Virus record (IMG/VR): IMGVR_UViG_3300008952_000017
Source of the DNA: an uncultured virus (IMG/VR IMGVR_UViG_3300008952_000017)
Taxonomy: Duplodnaviria; Heunggongvirae; Uroviricota; Caudoviricetes
Length of the DNA: 64,000 nucleotides
Direction: 5' to 3' (one strand)
The notes below the pieces were generated by a model. That model was given only the letters and a program-made list of their open reading frames with translations. It was not told the origin of the DNA and ran no database searches. Positions 38,606 through 48,473 of the stretch are shown in pieces (the stretch's first letter is position 1; each line of letters begins with the position of its first letter). The translations under genes and the position numbers were made by a program.

Positions 38606-40003
38606 TCAGTTACCTCCCTGTAGAGCCTTTCCAGCCATTCGGTGGACATCATCCCATGACATCTCTGCCATGTCCTTGGTCTCAGGAACTGTCATCATCG
38701 GCACACTTGCCGACTTCTGTATGTCTTCGCCCTCTGAAATCGAGATGTTCTCGATTCTCTCACCTAGTGCGATGACAGCCTTCTGCAAGTCTACCAGTGG
38801 GCCGCGTGCATCGAACTCTGCTCGTGCTTTCTCAGACTCGTCAGAGTTAATCTCCTTCGTTAGTCGTATAGAGAACTCATTACCTAGTTCGGTCTTGAAC
38901 TTCTGCTCTAGAGCAGCCGCTTTGTAAACTTGGTAAGCCTCCTCAATCTGTGAGGAACTTACTGACTCGGGTGAAATGTAATCCTCAGCCTTAATGACGT
39001 TCTTGTTCCCGCTTGGGGCAGACCCGAAGTTCATCTTGGGTCTCTTACTTGAATCATCCTCACCAGCACCTTCGATGCTGCCTTGACCTCGGTGGTCGTA
39101 GCCGTGTGCACCTTCCTGTAGGTAAGCCTTCTCGACTCCCTCTAGGTTTTCTATGGACTCACGAGCAGCAGCAGGGTCGTAACCTGCTGACTTCACTGTG
39201 GTCTCTAGCCAGTTGAGATAATCCGTGGTAATCACGTCATCGAGGTCTTCGGACTTGTCCACTTTCTCGGACTTCTCCTTTGCCTCTTTATCTGTATCTT
39301 CTTTATCTGCATCCTCTGCCTTCTCCTTTGCCTCTTTGTCTTCGGATTTCTCCGCGTCAGTGGCTGCCTTAATAGCGGCCTCTGCGTCATCAGCATCGTC
39401 GAGTCTCTTAGAGAGTCTCTCCAGCACATTCTGCAACTCATTCATTGTTTCGCTTTCATCACTCATGTTTTCACCTTTCTTGGTTGTTGTATCCTCCTTA
39501 AGGATTCTAAATTGGGCCTCAGGGTTGATGCCCTTCTCGCAAATGGTCACCTCATGCAACTCCATACGGCGTATTTCACGATAGTCACCACGGGTGCTAT
39601 CGTTCTTGTTGACACGCTCGAAAGCCTGTCCACCGATGGAGAACGACTTAAGGTTCCCCTTGCGAATTTCTGCTGCGACCTCTCGGGCCTTCTCTATGTC
39701 ACTCCGTAGTTTGATGACTACGAACATGCCGGTGTCATCGACCTCCGACTTCCATATCCTACCTCCTGTGTCTGTATAATTAGGGATGACCTCCCCGACC
39801 TGTATATTGGAGTGTGCCAGTTGAACGTTCCTAAAACCTGGAGACTTCATGAACTTCCCGAATGCATCCTTAAGAGCATCCTTGGTGATGAGGTCTCCTT
39901 GCTTGTCTACCATCTCGACAGATGCATACCCTGCTACGATTAAGTCAGATGACCTAGATTTCACTAATATAGGATGCTCTATGGGAGCCTCCATCATAAG
40001 CAT
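38606..40003 (-). CDS. Prohead protease (HK97/caudovirus type) fused to acidic scaffold
   Basis: GYASVEMVDKQGD, LAHS, SFSIGG and LHEVTICEKGINPEA motifs. Charged coiled-coil C-terminal half. Confidence 0.9.
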   Translation of the reverse strand: MLMMEAPIEHPILVKSRSSDLIVAGYASVEMVDKQGDLITKDALKDAFGKFMKSPGFRNVQLAHSNIQVGEVIPNYTDTGGRIWKSEVDDTGMFVVIKLRSDIEKAREVAAEIRKGNLKSFSIGGQAFERVNKNDSTRGDYREIRRMELHEVTICEKGINPEAQFRILKEDTTTKKGENMSDESETMNELQNVLERLSKRLDDADDAEAAIKAATDAEKSEDKEAKEKAEDADKEDTDKEAKEKSEKVDKSEDLDDVITTDYLNWLETTVKSAGYDPAAARESIENLEGVEKAYLQEGAHGYDHRGQGSIEGAGEDDSSKRPKMNFGSAPSGNKNVIKAEDYISPESVSSSQIEEAYQVYKAAALEQKFKTELGNEFSIRLTKEINSDESEKARAEFDARGPLVDLQKAVIALGERIENISISEGEDIQKSASVPMMTVPETKDMAEMSWDDVHRMAGKALQGGN

Positions 40004-40026
40004 GTCTCGATATTCTCAAGTTATGC

Positions 40027-40034
40027 TACTTAAA
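40027..40034 (-). promoter_or_regulatory. Archaeal TATA box (TTTAAGTA) for a probably leaderless protease-capsid transcript
   Basis: TTTAAGTA lies at -31 to -24 from ATG 40003 and no SD is evident, which fits archaeal spacing. Confidence 0.55.
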
Positions 40035-40040
40035 TCCCCA

Positions 40041-43000
40041 TCATGAAACGGGGATTTTAATGTGTTTCTTGTCTTCTTCTTTACCTGGAAGTGAAAACTC
40101 GGGGCAATCTTGAGCCTTGTGCCCCATACCTTGCTTACAGTCCTCTCCCTTCTTTGCTCCACACCAGCAATCCCCGCCCTTTTCTTGTCTATGGCCAGGG
40201 TCATGGTCAGGTAAATTGTAACCCTCTGTATTCTCAGTAGGCCCACTAGGTGACTCAACAGGTGTCGCGAAGTCTATCCCTAGCCCTTTCGGGCCAGTCC
40301 ATGTTATCTTCTCCTTGAGTAAACCCTCAATACTCTCCAACGCTGTCGTTAGTTGCTTGGCTAATTCAGGGTCTTTGAGTAATCGCTCTGATGGCTTCAA
40401 TACTTTCTTAGGTTTCTTGTCATGATTTGCAGGGGGCTCAGGCACAACATTAGCCTTCTTAGCCTTCTTTGTCTCAATCTCTGCTCTTAGTAACACAGCA
40501 GCGACTGGTTCCCAATAATCTCTTTGGGACTCGGCGAGAGTTTCTAGATAGAGATTTGGTGAATCTATTGCCTTCACAATGAATGAGTGACCATACGGTT
40601 CAGTGTCATACACGACATGGCCTGAGGGTAGGTCTATGTGTATACTACCTTTACTTACACGCACATTATGTGGTACATCTACATTCTTCTCCCCACTCAA
40701 AAGAGATAAGGTCTGAAGACTATCAGTGGAGTTAGTCTCTGCATCTTTGAGATACTTCGGTCCACGCACAGTAAAGACCTTGAGATTATCACGACCCTTG
40801 GCAGTAACATTCGATGTCTTGATTGTTACACACTGTCCAACCTCCAGGCCAGGCTTGGTAATAGTCCCTACATCCATGTAGTAATCACCCTCATGCTTCA
40901 CGGCCCTATTCCCTAGTCTCTTCGCATCATCTGCTAAGAGAGGACCTACACCCAAAAGACAGGCCCCTCCAACATCCAAGACTATGACATCCAATTGATG
41001 CTCCTTAGTCATTAGAAGCCACTTGGGGTGCCTACTCTCCCCACGCATGTAAGTAGAGTCAGCGTCACGGAGCATGACTTGCTTAACGCCCTTCTCCTTG
41101 AATAGGTCTTTGACGGCCCTGCTCAAACCCTCTGTATCTACCCTCTTTGTATTGATAGGTGCTGGTATGAGCACTTCCTCAGTGGCAGAGAAGTTAGCCC
41201 TAAGATGGCGAACACGGTCTTTGGTTGCATTATTACCTAGGTCCTCTTCCCCTGCTTTGATGATATCCAATAAATGTAATATCTCACCATCCCACAAACA
41301 ATCCACTATGAAATTAGCCTTGTGTGCTGCCCTTACCCCTTCACGAACCACACTAGGAAGTGAAATGGAATCCTTCTCCGAATTATAGGCAGAGACACGC
41401 TTGCCCTTCTTAGAGACCATGACACGCTCACCCTTTGGCCATGAGGAAAGTACCCAATCACCGGACAGTCCCTTGAAAGTGTCTAAGTCCTCCAAGGAGA
41501 AAATCCTATGCATGGCCTTGACGGGAATAGGCCTCCCCTCTTCCTTGTCTTCCTTGTAGATTAGGTCCATGTCGGTGAGCACATCGAAGGACTGCAAGAT
41601 TTCGCTCACGTTTGGGTCACCAGCCGGCACACTTTCAAATCTTCCCCATGGAGGCCATTGGCTCTCCGGTACATCCATAGGTGTACTGTCGAGAGAAGAG
41701 CCTGCAATTAAGTTCGCTATCAGGGGGTGATGCTGAAGACTCTCCCCATCACCGAAATGAGCAAGAATGTTATAATTGAATGGATGACATGGTAACTTAG
41801 AGCGGCTAATGTCGTACATACCGTCATCGCTAACATTATCACCAATAGGCACAGGCTTGACTGGGGTTCGGATAACCTCCTTCTTGTCTACCACATTTGC
41901 AAACTTCCCTCTACTATGGAAAAAATCGGCTAACATATCGAACTTCTCACTATTAGACAACCTATCATTCCATGCCCTCAAGGTATTAGCGTGCTCAGGG
42001 AAAGCGAGGTTGCCATTTGCATCCTTAGCGGTGGCCAAGTCTCGAGCGATGATATTCATGATACTCCCCCCTGCTCTACCAGCAACAGGTTTCTTGAATA
42101 GAGGACCATAACTACTGAATAACTCAGACTGCCCCTCGGGGGTCGCCTGCTTAATTCTAAAGTAAGATTTCAGAGCCGCACTTAGGCGTGCATACCTCCC
42201 CCTCTCACGAAACTTCATTTCTTTATGCGTAGCCCCAGTGCTGGTCTTATTCTTATCTTGCTCTTTGTGCCAGTGCAAGGGTTCTTGCCTCTCAACGTGA
42301 TGACCTACATCCTTGATATACTCCATGTTTTTATCAACACTCGTCTCTTCTGGCAAGTCCTTAGGGAGACCATGCCGTTTCTTCAGCAACTCAATACTCT
42401 TATTCAAGGATTCCAACATCTCCCCATCTATCCCTATACCCTCCAAGACTTGAGAAATATGACGGTGGGGTGAAGCAGGGTCCAAGTAATTGCTCAAAAT
42501 ATCATGACCAGTAACATCCTTGGTCATAGTCTCCTCTGAGACTCTACGCAACGGGTGGCTATACTCCTTCCCCTCAGAATCCTTCCCCCGCTGGGTGAAT
42601 GTAGAAGTACTCCTAATACGATAGTCATGGTAATTTGAGGCACTCTTGTAATCAAAGTATGCTGCACCATCTTTGATAGTGATACCTGCATCTCCCAATA
42701 TAGACTTCCACTTATCTTCTGCATCTGTCCCTCGGATTCGAGAGTAGATGTTCAATAATATGTTTTTACGGTGCCCCATATCAAGAGTATCACCTTGCAT
42801 GAAATGGTAACCCTCCTCACGCAGCCCATGAGCAATAGCACGCCTGCGGGAGGTCTCTTCCATCATCCCATGGTCGTCCCCTTTCACAACATTGGGGTAA
42901 TCCGGCCCTATCTTGAGATGCTCATCCTCAAACTTAGATATCATCTCATCCAAACTGAGTTCCGAACCTTTGTACTCATTGATTGCAGCATTGGCAACAA

Positions 43001-46000
43001 CTAATGGCCAAGAATGCTGCAAAGCAGTGAATAAATTGACCTCGTCTCGTATCATTAGATGTAAATCCCCTTTGTTAACACCAGCGCGATATAGAATATC
43101 ATTATCTGGTCCAATGCCGCCGGCCCTACTCGTCACATCTTGGTCGACTCGCTCCTTAGCAGCACCAATAAGTTCGTCTCGAGCCTCTCTCATTGATGAC
43201 GCCAAACCTGGTTTCTTAGGGTGAGCGAGAAGATGGTCGCTCCACAGACCAGCGAATGCGGCAGGGTGGGGGCCAATAGCAGCAAAAGTACCATCAGGTC
43301 TCTTCACAATACAACTAGGGAGGATTGCTACCGTATCACTTTCTGTTAACTCTTTATGTTTCTTCTCCCACTCCCTTGCACCCAAATGCTCAGGTAAATC
43401 TACCATTGCTTCTGTATCATCGTCTCCAAGGAATAATGCAGTATCTAACAAAGTGGGTGACTTACCATCTACTACATTCTTGGCAGTATCCCAATGCTCC
43501 TTCATTGGGGTAGTAGCACCCTCATGTAGAAAGTTTTTCGGGGTGAATATATGACCTTCACCTTTCACGGTAGTGGGTTCTAATTCCAAATAAAATTGAC
43601 CACCCGAACGTATCACAGGATAGTAGTAATGTTCGGGTAAACTAATTTCCTTGTTGTCCTCGTCGACAAAAGAACCCGACGTAACAGCCTCTCTCCAACC
43701 TGGCATTATACCATAATCTTGCTTTGCACCCTTACCCCTCTTACCAGCCAATGAAGCGAAGAAATTGTTTAGGCTTCCTTCTTCAAAGAACTTACTCCCA
43801 TGCTCTAAGAAATGCTGTGGTATGCCGTGCTTATCTATATCTTGTAGCATCTCCAAGAAGGGTCCTGGGTGCTCTAGTACAGTTACTCCATTCTCATAAT
43901 GCAAGGGGACGGTGCCACCCATCCCCCAAAGACTGGCTCTAAACTTATGGTCGAGAGTCTTGCGTAAGGCTAGATTCTGCTCCTCCTTCCCCAAGCCTTC
44001 TCTACGATGAGTGAAAGAGGCGCCTACTCCTCCTGTCCAACTAGTAGCATGACCATCCCCACCTTGAAACGGTCTATCCACTCCATCGTTCTGTAAAAAA
44101 TTGAGTCTCATACGACCGGATTGGTCTGGGTGGTTTGCAGAAGTGTTCCGATTGAATCTCCCTCCCGCAGAAAATAACTTAGCGTGGGCATTAACACGGG
44201 CTTGATGGTTGGTATTCCTATGCTTGACGAACTTACCTGTCTCTTTACCAACGCTTACTTGGCTTGTGACATCTCTCGGGACTTTGTATTCTTTTCTGGT
44301 CAATAATCTCTTCTCAACATTCTTCTGCCAAGCCTTGAATTGCTCTAGTTCCTCTTTGCTCATCTTATCTATTTGTGTTTGATTTGGAGGAATGATTCTG
44401 CTGATATTCATCACATCTTGCAACTTCACTATGAAAATAGCAGACTCATGAGGCGTCACAGTAAGTGAGTTAGACCAACTAGCCCTGTTAGATGGTATGT
44501 AGCCTAATGACCCTTTGGCTACCTCCTTAGGTAATTGGAAGAATCTTATACCACGCAAGGAACCACTCAATTTCTCGTGCCCATAGGGCACTTTGATTCG
44601 CTCATCGGTTAACATGCCAGTGTGTCTTATCAACGCGAGACTTAGGAGTCCTTCTAAGTCAAGTTTCTGCCACGGAGTATCCTCATCTGACGAAGTGTCA
44701 TCACCGCCTACTGTGTCATGAGAAGACTGTAATTGACCCTCCGATACACTGCTCTCGGGCCAAATCTCTTCCAAGTAACGCGACAAAATAGGGTACTTAG
44801 GATTGTGTCTCATATCAGAGATATTCAGGAGGGGCTTTTCATTATGTTGGTCACGTAGTACTTGGTCAAACTCAGGGCCGATTTCCTCACCAAGACCTTC
44901 AATGAAGGCCTCGTAATCCTTATCAGTAGGTTTAGGCATCTCACGGATATCTGATAACTCGGTATGTTTAGGTTCCAACGCTATGTACTCGTGGGGGTAT
45001 CTTTGTCCCATAATGCATATTGGGTCTTGTCGTTCCTTACCTAAACCACCAGTAGTTGTATGACGCACTCTATGGTGGTAGAATGGGCCCATTTTCTTCT
45101 TACTAGGTAGAGATTTTTCCTCCCCTGTAGTAGAATCATGTTCGTTCACGTCAACGCCATCCAAAGCATCAATCCATGGCGATAGAATACGTAAATAGGC
45201 AGCCCTTCTGTTCTGAAATGGCTTTGTCTCTGCCCCTACCCCGTAGTATTCTCTGTCTACAAACCTCTCCATTTTATTGACCAGTGACGCGCTCAAATCC
45301 AACTCCCGTAAGTTGTCTATAGCAATATGTACGTCACTCATTGAGTTAAGGGGAATATCAGGCACATCGAAGATATCATCCCATTGACCTGCGTAATAAT
45401 TCTTCACAAACTTGTAGATGGGAACCCTCCCCGCATCCCGACCTCCCCCAGCACGAGAAGAACCTACCTCCCTTGAGTAACCATGGGCTTCACGCAACAT
45501 ACGAGCAAAGAGTCTCTTATGGTAATCAGCCTCCGGTGCTCGAATGATATGTCGCCTCTCATTATGTTGAACATCTTGAGGGCTAGTCCAATAATTATAC
45601 TGGCTATCTTTATTGACTACCCTCATCTGCTTACCAAACCTGTATATGTCAGTGGGACTAAAAGGTACTAAAGATACTCCTGGGCCACCATCCCCGAAAT
45701 ATGATATCACCTCACCCCCATCATCGTAATGTACCCCCAACTTCATTTCATCACGCCTGCCCACTTTAGTTTGGTACTCCGGCAGCACAGGCAAAAGGTA
45801 AGAGACACCGTTCTCTTCGTCGATACTCATGAAATCCTTAGCATGGTCCCTAGCAGCCATCTGATGGAAGATATGCATGAACTCCACCATGTCATCGAAT
45901 GGTAGCATGACCAACTCATGCTCCAGTGCATAATTACCTATTTGTTTGGATTTATCCCTCATCTCATCATAGCCTTCACTATTGGCGATGCTAAGATATC

Positions 46001-47081
46001 CCCCTTTGAGCACCTCACCCTTCCCACTATACAATACATTCCAAACAGTATCCTCAGGAACGCCATCCAACTCGAGTGCTAAATGCTCTAGGAACCTTTC
46101 TCGTTTCTGCGAATCCCTAAGTGTCGATTCGGGGAACTTCTCATCATAACCATGTAGCCATTTCTGATATCGGCGCTCATACAACCTAAAACGCATCTCC
46201 TTGGCTTGTTGCCCGATAACATTAGGGCTCAAGTGCCCGATGTCTTCCATAAACGAGTACAGTTTCGCTTCATCCCTTTGGGTCCCCTCTTTTCTAGAAT
46301 CTATCTCTCCAAAATGGACAACACCTTTAGGGGCACTATACCCTGTTGGTAAATGAGTCTTCAAAACCTCTTCAGCGTGTTCATCTAGTTCCTTGTCCCT
46401 TTTCCCACAAAAGAAGGGGGATTTTGGATTGTAATACTGCTGTAAGTGGTCATAGAGTATTGGCTTACTACTATTCTCAATAAAGAGATTGAGGAGCGCA
46501 AACTCATCAGGCAATGTGGCATCATCATTGTGGCTCGCCCTATCACTCATAAGTTCCCTCAATGCAGGTAGGTTCTTCTCATGTGCCAAAGGGTACCTAC
46601 TAGACTTCAACTGGTCATGGTAGTCTTCCATCAGTTTGTTGTAAGGGGAACTAGAACCATTCCCATGACAAGCCTGTTTGGTCCCGAATTGACCACTAGG
46701 TGTACTATCCGGTATGAAAGAACGATGTGGCGTTTTACTAGTAGGTGAAGAACTCCCTCTCCTGTAAGGGTCCGTGCCCATCCCCTCTGACTCTTTACGA
46801 GGGGTAGGCGGTGGTTTCATGTCAGCATAGATAGGAGGAACATGCACTGGTGCAGATATGGCCTTTTCCCTAGGCCCATCCTTCAATCTATGGTCTACCT
46901 CTACTTCTTGCTCCTTGAGGAGGTCTTCCATCTTCTGAAGGGTACTATCCCAATCAAAGTCAAGACCATTATTGATAAGATTGTGACAAGCGAAATAAAG
47001 GGCTGCTGCGTCCTCGATATCGGACGATATTTGAAATCTAGCCTTGTTGTTTAGGAAGAAGTCTTGAGGGGATTCACGCAC
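40041..47081 (-). CDS. 2346-aa protein with C-terminal degenerate ATP-dependent DNA ligase-like domain
   Basis: About 40700-41500: WVLSSWPKGERV (motif I position), FIVDC, LLDII, VMLRDADSTYMRGESRHPKWL, LDVIVL. The order matches ligase NTase+OB, but catalytic residues are altered. Confidence 0.7.
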   Translation of the reverse strand: MRESPQDFFLNNKARFQISSDIEDAAALYFACHNLINNGLDFDWDSTLQKMEDLLKEQEVEVDHRLKDGPREKAISAPVHVPPIYADMKPPPTPRKESEGMGTDPYRRGSSSPTSKTPHRSFIPDSTPSGQFGTKQACHGNGSSSPYNKLMEDYHDQLKSSRYPLAHEKNLPALRELMSDRASHNDDATLPDEFALLNLFIENSSKPILYDHLQQYYNPKSPFFCGKRDKELDEHAEEVLKTHLPTGYSAPKGVVHFGEIDSRKEGTQRDEAKLYSFMEDIGHLSPNVIGQQAKEMRFRLYERRYQKWLHGYDEKFPESTLRDSQKRERFLEHLALELDGVPEDTVWNVLYSGKGEVLKGGYLSIANSEGYDEMRDKSKQIGNYALEHELVMLPFDDMVEFMHIFHQMAARDHAKDFMSIDEENGVSYLLPVLPEYQTKVGRRDEMKLGVHYDDGGEVISYFGDGGPGVSLVPFSPTDIYRFGKQMRVVNKDSQYNYWTSPQDVQHNERRHIIRAPEADYHKRLFARMLREAHGYSREVGSSRAGGGRDAGRVPIYKFVKNYYAGQWDDIFDVPDIPLNSMSDVHIAIDNLRELDLSASLVNKMERFVDREYYGVGAETKPFQNRRAAYLRILSPWIDALDGVDVNEHDSTTGEEKSLPSKKKMGPFYHHRVRHTTTGGLGKERQDPICIMGQRYPHEYIALEPKHTELSDIREMPKPTDKDYEAFIEGLGEEIGPEFDQVLRDQHNEKPLLNISDMRHNPKYPILSRYLEEIWPESSVSEGQLQSSHDTVGGDDTSSDEDTPWQKLDLEGLLSLALIRHTGMLTDERIKVPYGHEKLSGSLRGIRFFQLPKEVAKGSLGYIPSNRASWSNSLTVTPHESAIFIVKLQDVMNISRIIPPNQTQIDKMSKEELEQFKAWQKNVEKRLLTRKEYKVPRDVTSQVSVGKETGKFVKHRNTNHQARVNAHAKLFSAGGRFNRNTSANHPDQSGRMRLNFLQNDGVDRPFQGGDGHATSWTGGVGASFTHRREGLGKEEQNLALRKTLDHKFRASLWGMGGTVPLHYENGVTVLEHPGPFLEMLQDIDKHGIPQHFLEHGSKFFEEGSLNNFFASLAGKRGKGAKQDYGIMPGWREAVTSGSFVDEDNKEISLPEHYYYPVIRSGGQFYLELEPTTVKGEGHIFTPKNFLHEGATTPMKEHWDTAKNVVDGKSPTLLDTALFLGDDDTEAMVDLPEHLGAREWEKKHKELTESDTVAILPSCIVKRPDGTFAAIGPHPAAFAGLWSDHLLAHPKKPGLASSMREARDELIGAAKERVDQDVTSRAGGIGPDNDILYRAGVNKGDLHLMIRDEVNLFTALQHSWPLVVANAAINEYKGSELSLDEMISKFEDEHLKIGPDYPNVVKGDDHGMMEETSRRRAIAHGLREEGYHFMQGDTLDMGHRKNILLNIYSRIRGTDAEDKWKSILGDAGITIKDGAAYFDYKSASNYHDYRIRSTSTFTQRGKDSEGKEYSHPLRRVSEETMTKDVTGHDILSNYLDPASPHRHISQVLEGIGIDGEMLESLNKSIELLKKRHGLPKDLPEETSVDKNMEYIKDVGHHVERQEPLHWHKEQDKNKTSTGATHKEMKFRERGRYARLSAALKSYFRIKQATPEGQSELFSSYGPLFKKPVAGRAGGSIMNIIARDLATAKDANGNLAFPEHANTLRAWNDRLSNSEKFDMLADFFHSRGKFANVVDKKEVIRTPVKPVPIGDNVSDDGMYDISRSKLPCHPFNYNILAHFGDGESLQHHPLIANLIAGSSLDSTPMDVPESQWPPWGRFESVPAGDPNVSEILQSFDVLTDMDLIYKEDKEEGRPIPVKAMHRIFSLEDLDTFKGLSGDWVLSSWPKGERVMVSKKGKRVSAYNSEKDSISLPSVVREGVRAAHKANFIVDCLWDGEILHLLDIIKAGEEDLGNNATKDRVRHLRANFSATEEVLIPAPINTKRVDTEGLSRAVKDLFKEKGVKQVMLRDADSTYMRGESRHPKWLLMTKEHQLDVIVLDVGGACLLGVGPLLADDAKRLGNRAVKHEGDYYMDVGTITKPGLEVGQCVTIKTSNVTAKGRDNLKVFTVRGPKYLKDAETNSTDSLQTLSLLSGEKNVDVPHNVRVSKGSIHIDLPSGHVVYDTEPYGHSFIVKAIDSPNLYLETLAESQRDYWEPVAAVLLRAEIETKKAKKANVVPEPPANHDKKPKKVLKPSERLLKDPELAKQLTTALESIEGLLKEKITWTGPKGLGIDFATPVESPSGPTENTEGYNLPDHDPGHRQEKGGDCWCGAKKGEDCKQGMGHKAQDCPEFSLPGKEEDKKHIKIPVS

Positions 47082-47096
47082 ACGACCACCACCACC

Positions 47097-47735
47097 TCAA
47101 ACCTGAGGTAGAGTAGGTGGTCCTGCTCCTCCTTCATCATCGCCCATAGGCATGTCGGGAGGTGGCATTTCAGCATCTTCTCCACCGCCACCAAGAGCCT
47201 TCACTTTCTTCCCTAGTCCCATAAGCATCTCACCAATCGCTGATGGGTCCTCAGGGAGGTCTGAGCCGTCCTCTTCACCACCTGCACCACCGAGTAATGC
47301 CGCTAAAGCAGCAGCGTCATCGCCACCGCCTCCCATGTCACCACCGCCTCCAGGGGGTCCTCCAGGTGGTCCAGGTGGTGGCATAGGCATCCCTGCCTTG
47401 CTTACACCTATGGACTTCTTGAGGGCACCGCCAGCGGTATTCTCATGCACCGATAGTGTAGAACCCGTTTGATGTGGGTTCGCATTACTATCAAATGAAA
47501 TGGTCTCGCTGCTTGCACCCCTATTCTGTACATTCTCTATGCCTTCCTCGAGTTTATCTTGATTAGTCCAATAATGGCTCATAGGAGCCTCTTCGACACC
47601 TGTGATATTACGTATCTGTGAATCATCCCTAAGTTCTGCTACCTTCTGTAACATCTCGTCCATGTTGTTCGCTTTCTCTATCAATTCATCTAAGTCAGGC
47701 GCTTTCTCGCCCTCTATTACTCTCATTGGTTTCAT
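47097..47735 (-). CDS. Hypothetical acidic, Pro/Gly-rich head-region protein
   Basis: 212 aa, ATGA overlap with the upstream gene, low-complexity C-terminus. Confidence 0.7.
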   Translation of the reverse strand: MKPMRVIEGEKAPDLDELIEKANNMDEMLQKVAELRDDSQIRNITGVEEAPMSHYWTNQDKLEEGIENVQNRGASSETISFDSNANPHQTGSTLSVHENTAGGALKKSIGVSKAGMPMPPPGPPGGPPGGGGDMGGGGDDAAALAALLGGAGGEEDGSDLPEDPSAIGEMLMGLGKKVKALGGGGEDAEMPPPDMPMGDDEGGAGPPTLPQV

Positions 47736-48088
47736 TGGTCCACCGGCCTTCCTTCTGTCATGGCTGCTTCATTAGCCATTGCATGGATTTGGTCCCAGTT
47801 CATTTCATGCCAATCAGCATTCGAGGCTGGCATCATTACCCCATCTATGGCAATGGCTGCCTTTTCAATGACATCATTCCTGTCACCTCTTAATGGGTCA
47901 CCCCAAACATCCTCTGTTGAGGGAGTATCAAATCTGACAAAGCCGGCTTTCTGTAATAGATGGCCTGGATTAGAAACCATCTTACGCAATTCTATATTCT
48001 GGTCCTTAAGAGCACCAATGTCACCATCCATACGCTCCATCTTGGTAATGAGAGCGTCCACTAAGGCAGAGACCTCTTCTGACATCAA
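47732..48088 (-). CDS. Putative accessory scaffold protein
   Basis: 118 aa with N-terminal coiled coil. C-terminal EMNWDQIHAMA matches the protease/scaffold end EMSWDDVHRMA. Confidence 0.6.
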   Translation of the reverse strand: MMSEEVSALVDALITKMERMDGDIGALKDQNIELRKMVSNPGHLLQKAGFVRFDTPSTEDVWGDPLRGDRNDVIEKAAIAIDGVMMPASNADWHEMNWDQIHAMANEAAMTEGRPVDQ

Positions 48089-48450
48089 TCAACCCTCTGA
48101 CCAAATCCTTGTTGTGGACGCCAGTTGGATTGAATACCATCAGGGCCTATGTAGCCAAAAGGTCTGTCACCCTTCATGAGGGACCCTTGGTCCTTGAACT
48201 CCATTACTGGAACGCCACCGGCGAATATATCATTCACACCGAGAGTAGTATTTTGCTCAGTCTCTGACTTGTAGATAGATGTCACGTCTTCAGCCAAGTA
48301 ATCACTGGTCTGAGAGATAGACCTAAGGAACTGCTGAGCAGCAACCAAATCGTTGTTTTCTAGCGCATTCTTGAACTCAAAAACAGTCGTTTCGAGTTTC
48401 CTAACCATGGGGTCTAACTTGACTATCGTATCCGACATCGTGCTTGGCAC
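48085..48450 (-). CDS. Hypothetical head-region protein
   Basis: 121-aa ORF after the portal, coupled to the next gene. Confidence 0.65.
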   Translation of the reverse strand: MPSTMSDTIVKLDPMVRKLETTVFEFKNALENNDLVAAQQFLRSISQTSDYLAEDVTSIYKSETEQNTTLGVNDIFAGGVPVMEFKDQGSLMKGDRPFGYIGPDGIQSNWRPQQGFGQRVD

Positions 48451-48473
48451 CCCCTATCTCCTCATTAACGTTC

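Noticed and set aside
40700..41500. Annotating an active DNA ligase gene
   Set aside because: The catalytic KxDG lysine and the motif III, IV and V residues are not conserved.
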